The notes: generated by a model from the letters alone, not told the origin. 64,000 nucleotides of DNA from Octopus sinensis (GCF_006345805.1 NC_043013.1:41416001-41480000), one strand, 5' to 3'. Counted from the first letter of the stretch, positions 29,400 through 42,924 are shown. Program-made: numbers and translations.

Positions 29400-29590
29400 G
29401 TAGGCAGAGAGTGGGTAGAACCGTGAGCACCCCCTGGCGAAATCCTTAACGCCATTTGGTCCGTTTTAGGTTCTGAGTTCAAATTGCCCTTTATCTTCTC
29501 GGATTCGATAAAATAAATGCCAGTTAACCACTGGAGTAAATCAAATCCCATAACACTGCTGGCTTTGAACCAAAATTTGAAACCAACGAA
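29400..29590 (+). mobile_element. SINE family A (degenerate)
   Basis: GTTCTGAGTTCAAATT and GATAAAATAA blocks. Confidence 0.6.
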
Positions 29591-29624
29591 TGAAATAAGT
29601 AAAAGATAAAAGACGATATATATA

Positions 29625-30365
29625 ATCTTTTCTACTCTAGGTACAAAGCGCGAAATTTTTTTGGGGGGGTGTGGAGGGGCAATCGATTAGATCGACCCCA
29701 CTACGCAACCGAAAGGATGAAAGACAAAGTCGACCTCGGCGGAATTTGAACTCAGAATGCAAAGCATTTCGCCCGGCGTGCTAATGTTTCTGTAGGCTCG
29801 CCGTCTTTAAAATATGTTCTACTCTAGGTACAAAGCCCGAAGCTTTTGAGGAGAGTGCCAGTCGATTAGATCGACCCCAGTACGCAACTGGTACTTAATT
29901 TATCGACTCCGAAAGGATAAAAGACAAAGTCGACCTCGGCGGAATTTGAACTCAGAATGCAAAGCATTTCGCCCGGCGTGCTAATGTTTCTGTAGGCTCG
30001 CCGTCTTTAAAATATGTTCTACTCTAGGTACAAAGCCCGAAGCTTTTGAGGAGAGTGCCAGTCGATTAGATCGACCTCAGTACGCAACTGGTACTTAATT
30101 TATCGACCCCGAAAGGATAAAAGACAAAGTCGACCTCGGCGGAATTTGAACTCAGAACGTAAAGACAAACGAAATACCTCTAAGCATTTCGCCCTAAGTA
30201 CTAACGTTTCTGCAGGCACGCCGTCTTAAACAATAACCTTTTTCTACTCTAAGCACAAGGCCTGAAATGTTGGGGGAGGGGACCAGTCGATTAGATCGAC
30301 CACAGAACACAACAGGGTATTTAATTAATCAACCCCGAAAGGATGACAGGCAAAGCCGACGTCGG
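29625..30365 (-). mobile_element. Head-to-tail array of SINE family A units with an exact 200-bp period
   Basis: GAAAGGAT(G/A)AAAGACAAAGTCGACC starts at 29711, 29911 and 30111; units 1 and 2 share an internal deletion. Confidence 0.92.
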
Positions 30366-31092
30366 AGATGGGATATATGATGTAGAGAGAGACAGAGAAA
30401 ATGTGAGAAAGAGACAGTGAGAGAGGACAACTGAGAAACTGAAAAATTGCTAGATACAAATTAGTCAATATTAATCTGGAATACGGAACTTGTTACCTTT
30501 ATCTCTGTCATCATTTGGTACGTAACACATTGCGTGATATTTTATAAACATCAAAAAAAAAACCATGTATATTCTATAATCGGAAATTGTATGAAATTCT
30601 GTTATTTTAATTTACTTTTTCTTCATAATCGCTTTTCTGAAGTCTGTTTCTGTTTGTATGTATAAAACAGATTAACTGCTCAGATATCTTTAAACTAATG
30701 ATATGACGATATAGTTTGAACTAGCCAATGAGTGATTATTATTTTTTTTTTTTTTCCTTTTGTTGCGAGTAATTACATGTCTCGATGGAAATGGTTTTCG
30801 TTAAATGATGACTATGCAGTATCGTTTCGATTCCGTTACGGCCAAATCGCATCTTAAATATTTAAACTCGCCGTATTCCTCAGCTTATATTTAATCTGCA
30901 CGTGTAGATCATACTACCTGATTTACAGTTGATACCCCTACCCGATTTTATATACCTGTAGCCATTTTTGGAACTGTTGCACTATCTGTCTTCATTTTCA
31001 CAACTTTTAAACATTATATATGCAATAATTTATTTACAAGTTCTCATTAAAAATTGATGAAGTCAAGAGATGAAATTGTTCAACCGAACAAT

Positions 31093-31123
<31 letters not shown>

Positions 31124-31391
31124 TTGTATATGTGCGTGTATATATAGTATATATATATATATATATATGTATGTATGAATGTTTGCATGTATGTCTGTAT
31201 CTGTGTATGTATGAATTTATGTATGTGTATATATTGTGAGTTGTGTGTATGTATGTATGTATATATGTAGTATGTATGTATGTATGTGTGTATGTCTATA
31301 TATATATATATATGTATATGTATATATACATGTACATATGTAATATGTATATATACTATACATATGTTTATATAGTATCTATATATATAAG

Positions 31392-31432
<41 letters not shown>

Positions 31433-31493
31433 CATATGTATGTACGTATGAATGCATGTATGTATATATATATATATATGTATATATGTATAC

Positions 31494-31551
<58 letters not shown>

Positions 31552-32059
31552 TATAAGTATACGTATGTATATATACATATACATGCATACATATATATAT
31601 GTATGTATGTATGTATGCATATATGTGTTTATATGTACGCACACGCAGGAATATGCATATGAGACCTGATCACAAAGTATGTGGATCGGTGCTACAGAAA
31701 GAAAAACTCCAGCACACATCAATTGGCCATTTAATTTCTCTTCGAAATAGTCTCCTTCTCAAGACATACACTTCGTCCAGCATCGTTTTCACGGATGGAA
31801 CCATTCCTGGAACTCCTTTTCTGAGGATAGCGAGCAGCTACCACGTCGCATTCTCTTGGTTTTTCTGGACGTCTTTCAAGTGGGATTCAATTTTTGGAGA
31901 GTTCGTTCGCCGTAGTAATCTTCAAGCCATCTCTTTCACGCAGTACTCTCTCTCTCTCTCTCCCCTCTTTCTCTCTATCTCTCTTTCATCTCCCTCTCTC
32001 TCACACACACACATACACTCATTTTCTATACCATGGTTATTGATGGAACTTCTGTGGTG

Positions 32060-32574
32060 TGGTGAGACGGTGATGATGGTCATGATGAAGATGATGACGA
32101 CGACGACGACGACGATGATGATGATGATGAAGATAACGACGACGATGATGATTCTGGTAGTGGTGGCGCTTGCTATGCGACTGCAATTGATGATGATAAT
32201 GATGATGGGGATGGTGATGATGATGATGGTGGTGGTGGTGGTGGTGGTGGTGGTGGTGGTGATTGCGATGTTTGTGGTAATTAGTGGTGGTGGCGGTTTT
32301 GATGCTGTTGGAGTCGATGATAATGATGATGATGGTGATATTGATGACGACAACGACGATGATGATGATGACGATGATGATGATGACGATGATGATGATG
32401 ATGATGATGATGATGCTGACGATGATGATAATGACGATGATGACGAAGATGATAACGATAATGACAAAACGGCGATCATGATTATTATGATAGCGGTGGC
32501 CTCCGTGAGGATGATCGTGACAAAAATAACGCCAACGAAAACACGAATGGTGGTGGTGGTGGTGGTGGTGGTGG

Positions 32575-32624
<50 letters not shown>

Positions 32625-32645
32625 TGGTGGTGATGATGATGATGG

Positions 32646-32686
<41 letters not shown>

Positions 32687-32819
32687 ATGATGATGATAGT
32701 GGTGATGATGATGATGATGATGGTGATGATGATGGTGATGGTGGTGGTGATGGTGGTGGTGATGGTGGTGGTGATGGTGGTGGTGATGATGATGATAATG
32801 GTGGTGGTGGTGGTGATGG

Positions 32820-32854
<35 letters not shown>

Positions 32855-32886
32855 GATGATGATTGATGATGATGATTGATGATGAT

Positions 32887-32921
<35 letters not shown>

Positions 32922-34620
32922 GGGAGGATGGCGGTGTTAGTAGTGGTGGTGATGATAGTGGTGGTAATCATGATGATGAGGGTGATGATGATGATGGTAG
33001 TGATGGTGGTGGTGGTGGTGGTGGTGGTGGTGGTAGTGGGGGTGGTGATGTGGTGGTGATGATTATGATGATGACGATGATGATTATGTTGATGATGCTA
33101 TTGGTAATGATGATCTCGATAAAAATGACGATGTCGACATCGGCGGAAATTTTCAACGTCGATGACGCAGCGGCAGAGGACGAGAAGGATGGTAGTGGTG
33201 GTGGTGGTGGTGGTGGTGGTGGCGGTAGTGGTGGTGGTAGTGGTGGTGGTGGTAGTGGTGGTGGTGATGGTGGTGGTGGTGGTGGTAGTGGTGGTGGTGG
33301 TTGTGTTGGTGGTGGCGGCGGTAGTGGTGGTGGTGGTGGTGGCGGTGGCGGCGGCGGCGGTGGTGGTGGTGGTGGTGATGGTGGTGGTGGTGGTGGTGGT
33401 GGTGGTTGTGGTGGTGGTGTTGTTGTGGTGGTGGTGGTGGTGGTGGTGGTGGTGGTGGTGATGGTGGTGATGAGGATGTTGACTCAAGCTCAGTTCCTGC
33501 AGTCAGCCGTAGGTTTTGTAAGTTGGGGAGTAATTAAAATGGGGAGAACTAATCAACGAGATTTATTAATTAACTTTGGGGAAATTTACATAAAGAGTTA
33601 TCCAAGTTAATTACTGTCTGCTTATCAACAGATCAATCTTTGATAAATATATCTCGTGTAATTGGTGGTGGTGGTGGTGGTGGTGGCGACAGCGGCGGCG
33701 ATGGCTGTGGCGGTGGTGGTGGTGGTGAGGTTCGGAGTGATGGTTGTGTTGGTGGTGGTGGTGGTGGTGGTGGTGGCGGCGACAGCGGCGGTGATGGCTG
33801 TGGCGGTGGTGGTGGTGAGGTTCGGAGTGAGGGTTGTGTTGGTGGTGGTGGTGGTGGTGGTGGTGGTGGTAGTGGTGGCGGCGACAGCGGCGGCGATGGC
33901 TGTGGCGGTGGTGGTGGTGAGGTTCGGAGTGATGGTTGTGTTGGTGGTGGTGGTGGCTGCGACGGTAGTTGTGGCAGTGGTGCAAGTTGTAGCGGTGGTG
34001 CTGGGTGTGAAGGTGGTGGTAGTTCTATCAGTGTGTGGGGGAGGGGGAGTAGTCACGGTGATGGTGGTGTTGATGGTGGTTGTAAAGGTCATGATGGTTA
34101 TTGTGACGGCTGTGGAGTTTGATGATGGCGCTGCAGGTGGTGTAAGAGTGATGGTATGATGGGTAATACAGTGGTGGTGGTGGTGGTGGTGGTGGTGGTG
34201 ATGATGGCTGCGGTGGTGGTGGTGGTGGTAGTGGTGGCTGTATTGCTTGTGGTAATGGTTGTAGTAAAGGTTCAAGTGCCTGCAGTAGTGGTGGTGGAGG
34301 TGGTGGTGGAAGCGGCGGCGGCGGCGGTGGTAGTGGGTGTGATAGTGGTAGTGTTGGTGGTGTTGGTGGTGTTGGTGGTGTTGATGATGTTGGTGTTTGG
34401 TGTGGTGGTGGTGGTGGTCGTCGTCGTCGTGGATGTGGCATTTTGTAGTGACACTGCAGGCAGTATAATGCTGATGGTGAGGTGGCAGTATAACAGTGGT
34501 AGTTTTATTTGTTGCAGTAGTGGTGGTTGTAGTAGGAGTTATTGTGTGCGTTTTTCAATGGCTGTAGTGCTAATGGTATGGATGAAGGTGTTGGTGGTAT
34601 AGCAGAAGGGGTAGCAGTTA
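32060..34620. repeat. (GAT/GGT)n trinucleotide mosaic with a higher-order ~93-102-bp repeat
   Basis: Read directly; GGCGACAGCGGCGG...GAGGTTCGGAG unit at about 33685, 33778 and 33880. Confidence 0.92.
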
Positions 34621-34788
34621 TGTTTAGGTTTCGGTAATACTGATATAGAAATTGTAGTATGAGGGCTAGTAGAAGAAGTGGTGATAATTCTCGATGTTGT
34701 ACTTGTTGTAGTAGCTTAATAGATGTAGTAGCTTCATTTTATATATGTGTGTGTGCATATGTATGTGAATATATATATAGTATATATA

Positions 34789-34826
<38 letters not shown>

Positions 34827-34829
<3 letters not shown>

Positions 34830-35010
34830 TCGCCATGATAGATCGTTAGCCACTACACACATTTTTTTTCTCTCATGTGTTTCTTCTGTGTCCCTTTCTA
34901 TAGAAGAGCGTAGGCTCGAAACGTAAAAGACTTTTTCTATTCCTGAATGTTATACTAATACATCTGTTTGTTTTGTACACCACCTGTTTTCGTCTTTTGT
35001 TTTTTTCCCT
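34827..35010 (+). mobile_element. Hammerhead-variant family E1, copy 3
   Basis: cttt-CTATAGA-a-gagc-gtag-gctc-GAAA-cGTA-aaag (core 34898-34904); flanked by (TA)n. Confidence 0.78.
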
Positions 35011-35044
35011 ATATATATATATATATATACAGACACACACATAC

Positions 35045-35082
<38 letters not shown>

Positions 35083-35218
35083 GCTTTTATTTCTTTATTC
35101 TCTTACTTGTTTCAATCGAACAAATCGAGCCCAGGGCTTATTCTTTGTTAGCCTATTACTTATTCTGTCGGGTATTCTTGCCGAACCGCTAAGTTACGGA
35201 GAATTAAACACACCAAAA

Positions 35219-35310
35219 TTATATTGAACAATGATGAAACGATAGAAAATGATGTATTAATATATTTGCTAAATTTTATTTGCTGAATTTTCTATCACAG
35301 AACAGTACAC

Positions 35311-35372
<62 letters not shown>

Positions 35373-35400
35373 TATATATACATACATACATACATATGTA

Positions 35401-35440
<40 letters not shown>

Positions 35441-35867
35441 GCATATATATATACACACATACATACATACATACATACATACATACATTACATACATACA
35501 TACATATAATACATGCATACATATATATATTATTTATAATATATATATTATTTATTTAAAGGAGACATTACATGTCTTAAGTGCTACAAATAATTACATA
35601 CGTTGAGAAATATCTCAAACGTCTTCAGGCACAAACCGCATATCATAGCAAGATATGACTACCAACCAATCATGTTCAGCATGTGTCAGAAAGCAAATCT
35701 TACAAATTGCCTTAGAATTAAGTAATAATCACCAAAATGGATACAGCTTTATTCAAAATTGATTATATTGAATAATGATGAAACGACTGTACATGAAGTA
35801 TTAAAATGATTTGTATAACATGAAATGCGTACTTTTATTTTACTGAAATTTCTATCACAGAACCGTA

Positions 35868-35871
<4 letters not shown>
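35219..35871 (-). mobile_element. Terminally redundant non-coding element with a decayed hammerhead
   Basis: Direct repeats at 35219-35311 and 35764-35871; minus strand gtgc-CTGAAGA-[cgtttgaga/tctcaacg]...GTA-gcac at 35581-35632, GAAA lost. Confidence 0.55.
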
Positions 35872-35900
<29 letters not shown>

Positions 35901-35901
<1 letters not shown>

Positions 35902-36070
35902 TTTATTATTATTATTCTCTCTCTGTTTATTACTACGCGTTATTTTCTGTTAAAGAGCATAGGCTCGAAACGTAAAAAGACTTTCTTATCTTCCCGAGCG
36001 TAAAACTAAGATACCTGTTTGTTGTTTATACACCTGTCTTCGTCTTTTGTCTTTCTGTAAATTTCAACTA
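35901..36070 (+). mobile_element. Hammerhead-variant family E1, copy 4
   Basis: ttt-CTGTTAA-a-gagc-atag-gctc-GAAA-cGTA-aaaag (core 35947-35953). Confidence 0.75.
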
Positions 36071-36342
36071 TATATATGCACACTGTATATATACACACAT
36101 ACATACATTCACATACACACACCTACATAAATACACGCATACATACATGCTTTGTAGATTAAATTAGCGGTTGGCTAACAGATAGAATATGTTACAGAAA
36201 TAAGACTAGATAATTCGAAGGTTAGTGAAAAAGCTTTCCATTTGTCAATTCTCTGAATTCCTCTATCTATGAAAATGTTTCATGCAGTAACATATAACTT
36301 ATATGTATGTATAACTTAATTCACGATGTGTGTGAGTGTGTT

Positions 36343-36413
<71 letters not shown>

Positions 36414-36422
36414 ATATATATA

Positions 36423-36830
36423 GGCGCAGGAGTGGCTGTGTGGTAAGTAGCTTGTTAACCAACCATCTGGTTCGGGTTCAGTCCCCACTGCGTGGCATCT
36501 TGGACAAGTGTCTTCTGCTATAGCCCGGGCCGACCAATGCCTTGTGAGTGGATTTGGTAGACGGAAACTGAAAGAAGCCTGTCGTATATATGTATATTAT
36601 ATATATATAAGTGTGTGTGTATATGTTTGTGTGTCTGTATTTGTCCCCTAACATTGCTTGACAACCGATGCTGGCTGGTATATTTACGTCCCCGTCACTT
36701 AGCGGTTCGGCAAAAGAGACCGATAGAATAAGTACTGGGCTTACAAAAGAATAAGTCCCGGGTTCGATTTTCTCGACTAAAGGCGGTCCTGCAGCATGGC
36801 CACAGTCAAATGACTGAAACAAGTAAAAGA
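36423..36830 (+). mobile_element. SINE family B, full length
   Basis: GGCGCAGGAGTGGCTGTGTGGTAAG head, GGTTCAGTCCC B-box-like motif, internal TA/TG tract, AAAAGAG tail. Confidence 0.92.
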
Positions 36831-37571
36831 GAGAGAGAGATGACATGCCATGGGGTTCAAAAGATAAGCTTACTCCGAGACGAATGGGTCCCGGATTCGA
36901 TCCTACAGAGTTCAACCTTTTGCAAATATATTATCCTATGCTGTCGGATCGATGTTACCCTCCTTAGCGAAATTTGGCAAACGGGAATCTTTTGTATGGA
37001 CCTGTAAGATACGTATCTATGTATATATGTATGTATCTATCTATCAATCAATTTATCTATCTTATTATCTATATACCTAACTCTATGCCTGTGACCATCA
37101 CGTATTTACGATATTATTTTGCTTGAGGTTATATCATATACGAATCCTATACATATTGTAAATCAAAATAACCCAATAATGAGAACTAATTTGAAATAAG
37201 ACAGTCACAAACCCTATTCAGTTAGATTGGATAAATTATCGCGCATTCTTTATTGAATAAATTATAAAGCAATACTATGTGTATTCATATAGGAAATTTG
37301 ATATCAAATAACATAGATAGTTATACCACCAGTGCTTGCAATATTTTAATATTCACACTGCCGTTAATTATATGAAATAAGGAAGCGTTCTCCATGTCAA
37401 ATCAGAAAGCTAATGGCTTTACTGATGACATATAATGGGCGCAGATGCACCTGAGAAGCTAATACATACATAGGTATAGAAATGCATAAATACATACACA
37501 CTGATGTGTGTGTGTGTATGCATGTTTATATACATGCACACAGATATTTTCACACATACACACAAATACAC

Positions 37572-37611
<40 letters not shown>

Positions 37612-37672
37612 TGAGAAAGAATGAAATATCCTTCTTCCTGTCCGTTCGTCTATCTTTCTATCTATGTGTCTG

Positions 37673-37725
<53 letters not shown>

Positions 37726-38742
37726 TTGTCTGTCTATCTATCGATCGATCTATATATCGATCGATCTATACATACATACATACATACATACATACATACA
37801 TACATACATACATAGAATGGATGTAAATATAAAATATCACATTATGCTTGCAAATAACATTACGGACAATTTGAATAGTACTGAATAAGTGAAATAAAGT
37901 AAGTTATCATTATATTTAAACTTGACTATTTCCCCATTACTGATATATATATATATATATATATAGGCCAGGGAACAGAAGAAAGAAGAAGAAAGAAGAC
38001 ATGCACCCAACACCAGAGCTGAAGACACCTCCGAAATGGGGGGCCGGCCACGTCAAAACGGTAGAGGATTAGGGGCCGAAACCGGACGTGGTTCCTCCAG
38101 ATGATGTTTTGAGCTAACTGGATCCAATAAAGGAGCTCTTGTGGTAGCAGACCACGAAACACGGTTGAAATTCCTTCCTGTATGTATATGTATATGTATA
38201 TATAATATAATATATATAATATATATATATATATATATAAGCTATCAAAATATGAGAAATCGAATAAATTTCGGAATGTATTCAATACTAATAAGAGACT
38301 TTTCACGGCGTTCGCGAAATAGCATTGTTGTACAGGGTGCGGTAAACATTCCAACAGCCTAAGAACATATGGACTAATCCTCATCTCGGTGGTAAATCAA
38401 CAGAAAAACATAACAAGATCTGTTTAACTTTACTAACGCCTCCCTATTCGCTTTATAATACACGGAAGGTTTCTCGGGTACGAGCTATACATTTATGGCT
38501 GGGTTTTTTTCCTTTCATCCGGTAGTTGAATCAGGTTATATGTTTGTATTCTAATAACTCAGAAACCACAACTACAACTATCACTACGACCACAACAAAT
38601 ACTACTACTACAAATATAGATACAACAGCTATTCCTATAAACTTTATTCTGGTAGAATTCATTTTTCTAATACGACACTTTACAGTATTTCAATCCTTTT
38701 ATTTAAATTGCCTCTTATTTTCATTAAGATATATTTAATACA

Positions 38743-38917
38743 GGCGCAGGAGTGGCTGTGTGGTAAGTAGCTTGCTTACGAACCACATGGTTCCGGGTTC
38801 AGTCCCACTGCATGGAACCTTGGGCAAGTGTCTTCTACTATAGCCTCGGGCCGACCAAAGCCTTGTGAATGGATTTGGTAGACGGAAACTGAAAGAAGCC
38901 CGTCGTATATATGTATG

Positions 38918-38950
<33 letters not shown>

Positions 38951-39172
38951 ATGTTTGTGTGTATGTGTTTGTCCCCCCAACATCGCTTGACAACTGATGC
39001 TGGTGTGTTTATGTCCCCGTAACTCAGCGGTTCGGCAAAAGAGACCGATAGAATAAGTACTAGGCTTACAAAGAATAAGTCCCGGGGTCGATTTGCTCGA
39101 CTAAAGGCGGTGCTCCAGCATGGCCACAGTCAAATGACTGAAACAAGTAAAAGAGTAAAAGAGTAAAAGAGT
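38743..39172 (+). mobile_element. SINE family B, full length with (AAAAGAGT)n tail
   Basis: Highly similar to the 36423 copy. Confidence 0.92.
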
Positions 39173-40419
39173 AATTATAGCCTATATCACGAGTTTCTTT
39201 CTAGTTCAATATATAACTGAATAATTCTTTTTCGTTTCTTACTTCCGCGTTCTTAAAAGGGGATTTCTGATTCAAGATGAAATCTTTTGATACTGCTTTC
39301 ACGCCTACAACAATCTAAAATTCTTCGGTGTCTCTTTTTGCCCGGTTTAGACTTTGTTTTCGACTTGGAAATACTGTAATAGCTTCTGATAAAAGTTCGT
39401 CAGGTTAAATTGTTCTGTGCACTCAATGGTGAGTTTTGAACAAATTCTATTATAGTAATACCGAGCCAAAAATACAGCTTCAAGCGGGTAATTCTCAAAG
39501 TTAATATGTATGCTGAAGGGAGGAAAAACTCTGATCTCTGCAGTCAATGAACAACTAAGGGTATATTTCGATCTGTTAGACCTCTTCATTTAATCAGCAT
39601 AATGTAATCTAAGCCTTCCGAGAAAAAAACAGCGAATAAATTTTTCCAGTGTAATTTGAATATTTCGAATAGAATGAGCTCGAGGACATAAGCCAATCCG
39701 TACAATGGTATAAATTTGTATAACTAAATCTAAGTGTGATGTAGTGAATGTCTCACACAAAGAAAATCTTAATTAAATGAAATTCACTCCTGAAACTCGA
39801 TGTGAGACAGAACACCAAAATCTGGAGCAAGTGTTAGCGACTATCAAGGTAAAGGGGTGATAAATTTAATACATTATTACTTATTTGAAAATGAATTTAC
39901 TCTTTTAAGTGAAGCCAAGTTGGATATTTGCTATGCAATAATTTTTAGTTCATGAAACCTCATCAGTTGACGCAAATTTGAATTAATTTTATTAACTTTT
40001 ACTTTTATTTTGGAAATCAATTTAGCAAAAAGTTATTCGAAATATTTTTTCTTACTTATAAGTAGAAGAGCTACTAAGAATTTTTCTTCATACAGTATTA
40101 AGTATATTACACTTTGAAAATGCGTTACCTGAGGTAAACATCGACTATTTCATCAAGATCTTGGTGGAGAATAGTAGAGGTGATCAACTTGAAGGTAAAT
40201 CAAGAGTAGAAACTGGTTGGTGCTAAATATCAGAAATATGGAGCTCACAATACAATTCCCCTTTGAAAACCTTCCAACTACGTTCGAATTCCTAAAATTT
40301 AAAGAGTGGGTATCTGTCTGATAAGAGCTGAATGGGAGGACAACACAATCACCGCAACAACATTAATAACAGCAAAAATTAACCAGCATCGTCACCATAA
40401 CGGTGTTCTGAGTTCAAAT

Positions 40420-40840
40420 GAAACGTTACCGCGCTGAGACAAAATGATGAACGGTATTTCTCTCGGATTTAGCACGCAGGGCGAAATGCGTAGCTGTATG
40501 TCGTCTGCCGTTACGTTCTGAGTTCAAATTCCGCTGAGGTCGACTTTGCCTTTCGTCCTTTCTGGGTCGATTAAATAAGTACCAGTTACGCACTGGGGTC
40601 GACATAATCGACTTAATCTGTTTGTCCTTGTTCGTCTCCTCTGTGTTTGGCCCCTTGTGGGTAGTAAAGAAATAGGTATTTCTCTCGGCTTTACGATCTG
40701 GGTTCAAACCATACCGAGGTCGACTTTGTCATTTATATTTTCGAGTTGATAAAATAAGTATCAGCTGGGTACAGGCGTCGTTGTATTCGGCTAGCCCTCT
40801 CCTTCAAAATTTCAAGTCCTGTGTCTATAGAAGAAAAGAT
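40420..40840 (+). mobile_element. Nested SINE family A: 5'-truncated copy (40467-40674) inside an older copy
   Basis: Perfect 14-bp TSD GGTATTTCTCTCGG at 40453-40466 and 40675-40688. Confidence 0.88.
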
Positions 40841-40841
40841 T

Positions 40842-42546
40842 ATCATTGTTATGATTACATAATTGTTCGACATTTGTTAGTTTGAGGCAACTTTCTACTG
40901 CATCACCTGCATCACCTGCAACACCTCCGTGTTGTTGGGGTGTGAGCAGCATTGTGCATTCTTTTCTGTTGTTGAGAGTGCACAAACTATTCCTGGTATT
41001 GGTTTGCGTTAGTTTATTTTTCTCCTGAGGTGTGGTACAGTTTTTTGTTGTATTACTGCTTGTATGCGTTGGTTCCTCGGATTGCTAGTAGAAGTTTATT
41101 TCACTGGATAATTGCTGTATAGAGTGTATTTTGTTTTTGTTGATTGTTTTGTTTAGGTTGTATTATTGAATTGGTAGTGCCTTGCTTAGAATGTGGGCTG
41201 TTCCTATTTTGGGGATAGTATGTGAAAACTTCAATTTTGATGTCTTTGTACTTTGACAATTTCTTCACTTCTTTTCGGACAATATTTTGATCAGAAGAGA
41301 CTGCAATATCTATCGGTAAGTAGGTGTTTTTTCTCCAATCCTTGATTATTATGTCTGGGATTTGCTCTTATTTCTTTGTCAGTTTGGACCGGCATATCCA
41401 AGATGATCGTGACGTTTTGTACCTTGTTTGTACCACCTAATGTCAGTTTTAATGCTGTAACTGGCATAATGTCCAATGGATATAACTGCTTACTCTGTCG
41501 TGTTTGTATATATATCTTCAGATTTGACAAGGACTGATCAGCCAGAAATTATGTGGTCAACTGTCTCATTGTGTTGTTAGTTGTTAGGGCCCATTTTCAT
41601 TATTTTGCTTTTATAATTGTTTGTAGTCAGGCATTGGGACTTGTACAGAGAGAATCAGTCCTTCCGTTTCAGTTTTTAGTCTAGAGCTTTTGAACCATCG
41701 TCGGCCTAGGCTCATCTCCTCTCTGTCAAGCCTTGGTCATGAATGATTTCTCTCTCCATTTTTTCTTCAGTATCTTTTGCAATTCTGTTTTCATGCTTTT
41801 TGGCCATTTCTGCGATGTTGTCATCTGAAGTAAGTTTATCAGTATAGTTTGTTTCTGTTTTATATTTTGTCGCCTCTTGTGTATAGAGAAAAGCAGTTTC
41901 TTTCTCTCATGCTGTTTTATTACATGCAGTAGTGTTCCACTTTTTGCTTCTAAATACTATTCTAGTCCAACTGTTGTTATTTCATAATCGTTCTCTATCT
42001 GTATCAGAGCACGGCCTCATTCTGAGAGGAGTAGATGCATTCTATCTGCGTCCGCTTTGGGGTGGTGACTTCGGTACGCTGCTAATAGCTTTCTGGTTTT
42101 TCTATCTAGGTTTCTTAATTCACTGATATTTTAATTTATTATGTGGAAGTTGTAATTTTTAACTGGTATGACTAGCATGTGTATCCTTATTATCTTATTT
42201 TTAGCACTGAGTTCTATGGTTACTATTAGTCTAACTCTTCTGTAATAGTCTCTCGTAATTTTCTCTTTCCTTTCTGTGTGTTGTATTTTAGCTGTTTCGT
42301 CTATTCCTAGATGGGCGGTTGTGGTCTAATTCCCTGATTTTTTTTTGTGTCTATGTCAAGTGCTAGGTTTTCAGTGCTGATTAATTTGCCTTTTCTCAGT
42401 GCGACTCTGGCAGATTTGTCCAGCCCCATGTCCAGCCCCATACTCATCGCGGTGTGCTTGCTGCTGAAACTACGGACAATTTTGAGAAGGTTTAGCAAAA
42501 ATTTTTAAGTCATCCATGTACAGGAGATGGTCTATTGTTTGACCAT
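40842..42546 (-). mobile_element. Second R4/Dong-like RLE LINE, 5'-truncated at the RT catalytic motif
   Basis: IDHLLYMDDLKIF (YMDD at 42509-42520), MGLDKSA, YLGIDE, HHPKADADR, DMPVQTDKEIRAN(R)PDII, GTAHILSKAL then stop at 41163-41165; 3' UTR ends in a decayed AAT-type tail. Confidence 0.88.
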
Positions 42547-42691
42547 CCGTCCTTACATTCTGAGTTCAAATTCCGCCGAGGAAGACTTTGCCTTTCATCT
42601 TGTAGGGAGTCGATGAAATAAGTACCAGTTACGCACTGGGGTCGATGTAATCGACTAGCCCCTTCACCCCAAAATTTCAAATCTTGTACCT

Positions 42692-42692
<1 letters not shown>
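42547..42692 (+). mobile_element. SINE family A (headless) abutting the LINE
   Basis: CATTCTGAGTTCAAATTCCGCCGAGG...AAGTACCAGTTACGCACTGGGGTCGATG, followed by (TAG)n. Confidence 0.85.
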
Positions 42693-42758
<66 letters not shown>

Positions 42759-42878
42759 TAGTAGTAATATTTCGCATTGAGAAGGATTAATCCTAAAGGC
42801 AGGACTAAAAGGTGCAGGAGTATCAGATAAAGGGAAGCGATACCAAAGATCTGATAAAGACACCAACTCCTCTTCATG

Positions 42879-42924
<46 letters not shown>

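Noticed and set aside
21765-30365. CRISPR-like arrays (GGACAAAACCCC units; 200-bp period array)
   Set aside because: Eukaryotic context, no unique constant-length spacers and no cas genes; explained by MITE subrepeats and SINE tandem duplication.
31650-31945. Unique island with protein-like frames (e.g. [36 protein letters not shown] on minus)
   Set aside because: In-frame stops nearby, no convincing splice pair and no recognisable family.
31599-34602. Long Gly-, His-, Thr- or Val-rich ORFs suggesting cephalopod structural proteins
   Set aside because: Open on both strands because of trinucleotide repeats; no signal peptide and no Tyr/Ala/His modular motifs of suckerins or beak proteins.
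36870-37005. Apparent AG...GT-bounded open exon on minus
   Set aside because: The plus strand carries a tRNA/SINE-like GGATTCGATCC head, so a decayed SINE is the simpler explanation.
39347-39589. 80-aa minus ORF, with a nearby RAKR-containing frame
   Set aside because: No domain recognised, no splice support and stops in adjacent frames.
40096-40133. 38-nt plus-strand micro-exon candidate (cag|...GAG|gtaaac)
   Set aside because: Too short to judge, no supporting neighbouring plus-strand exons, and such signals are frequent by chance in AT-rich DNA.
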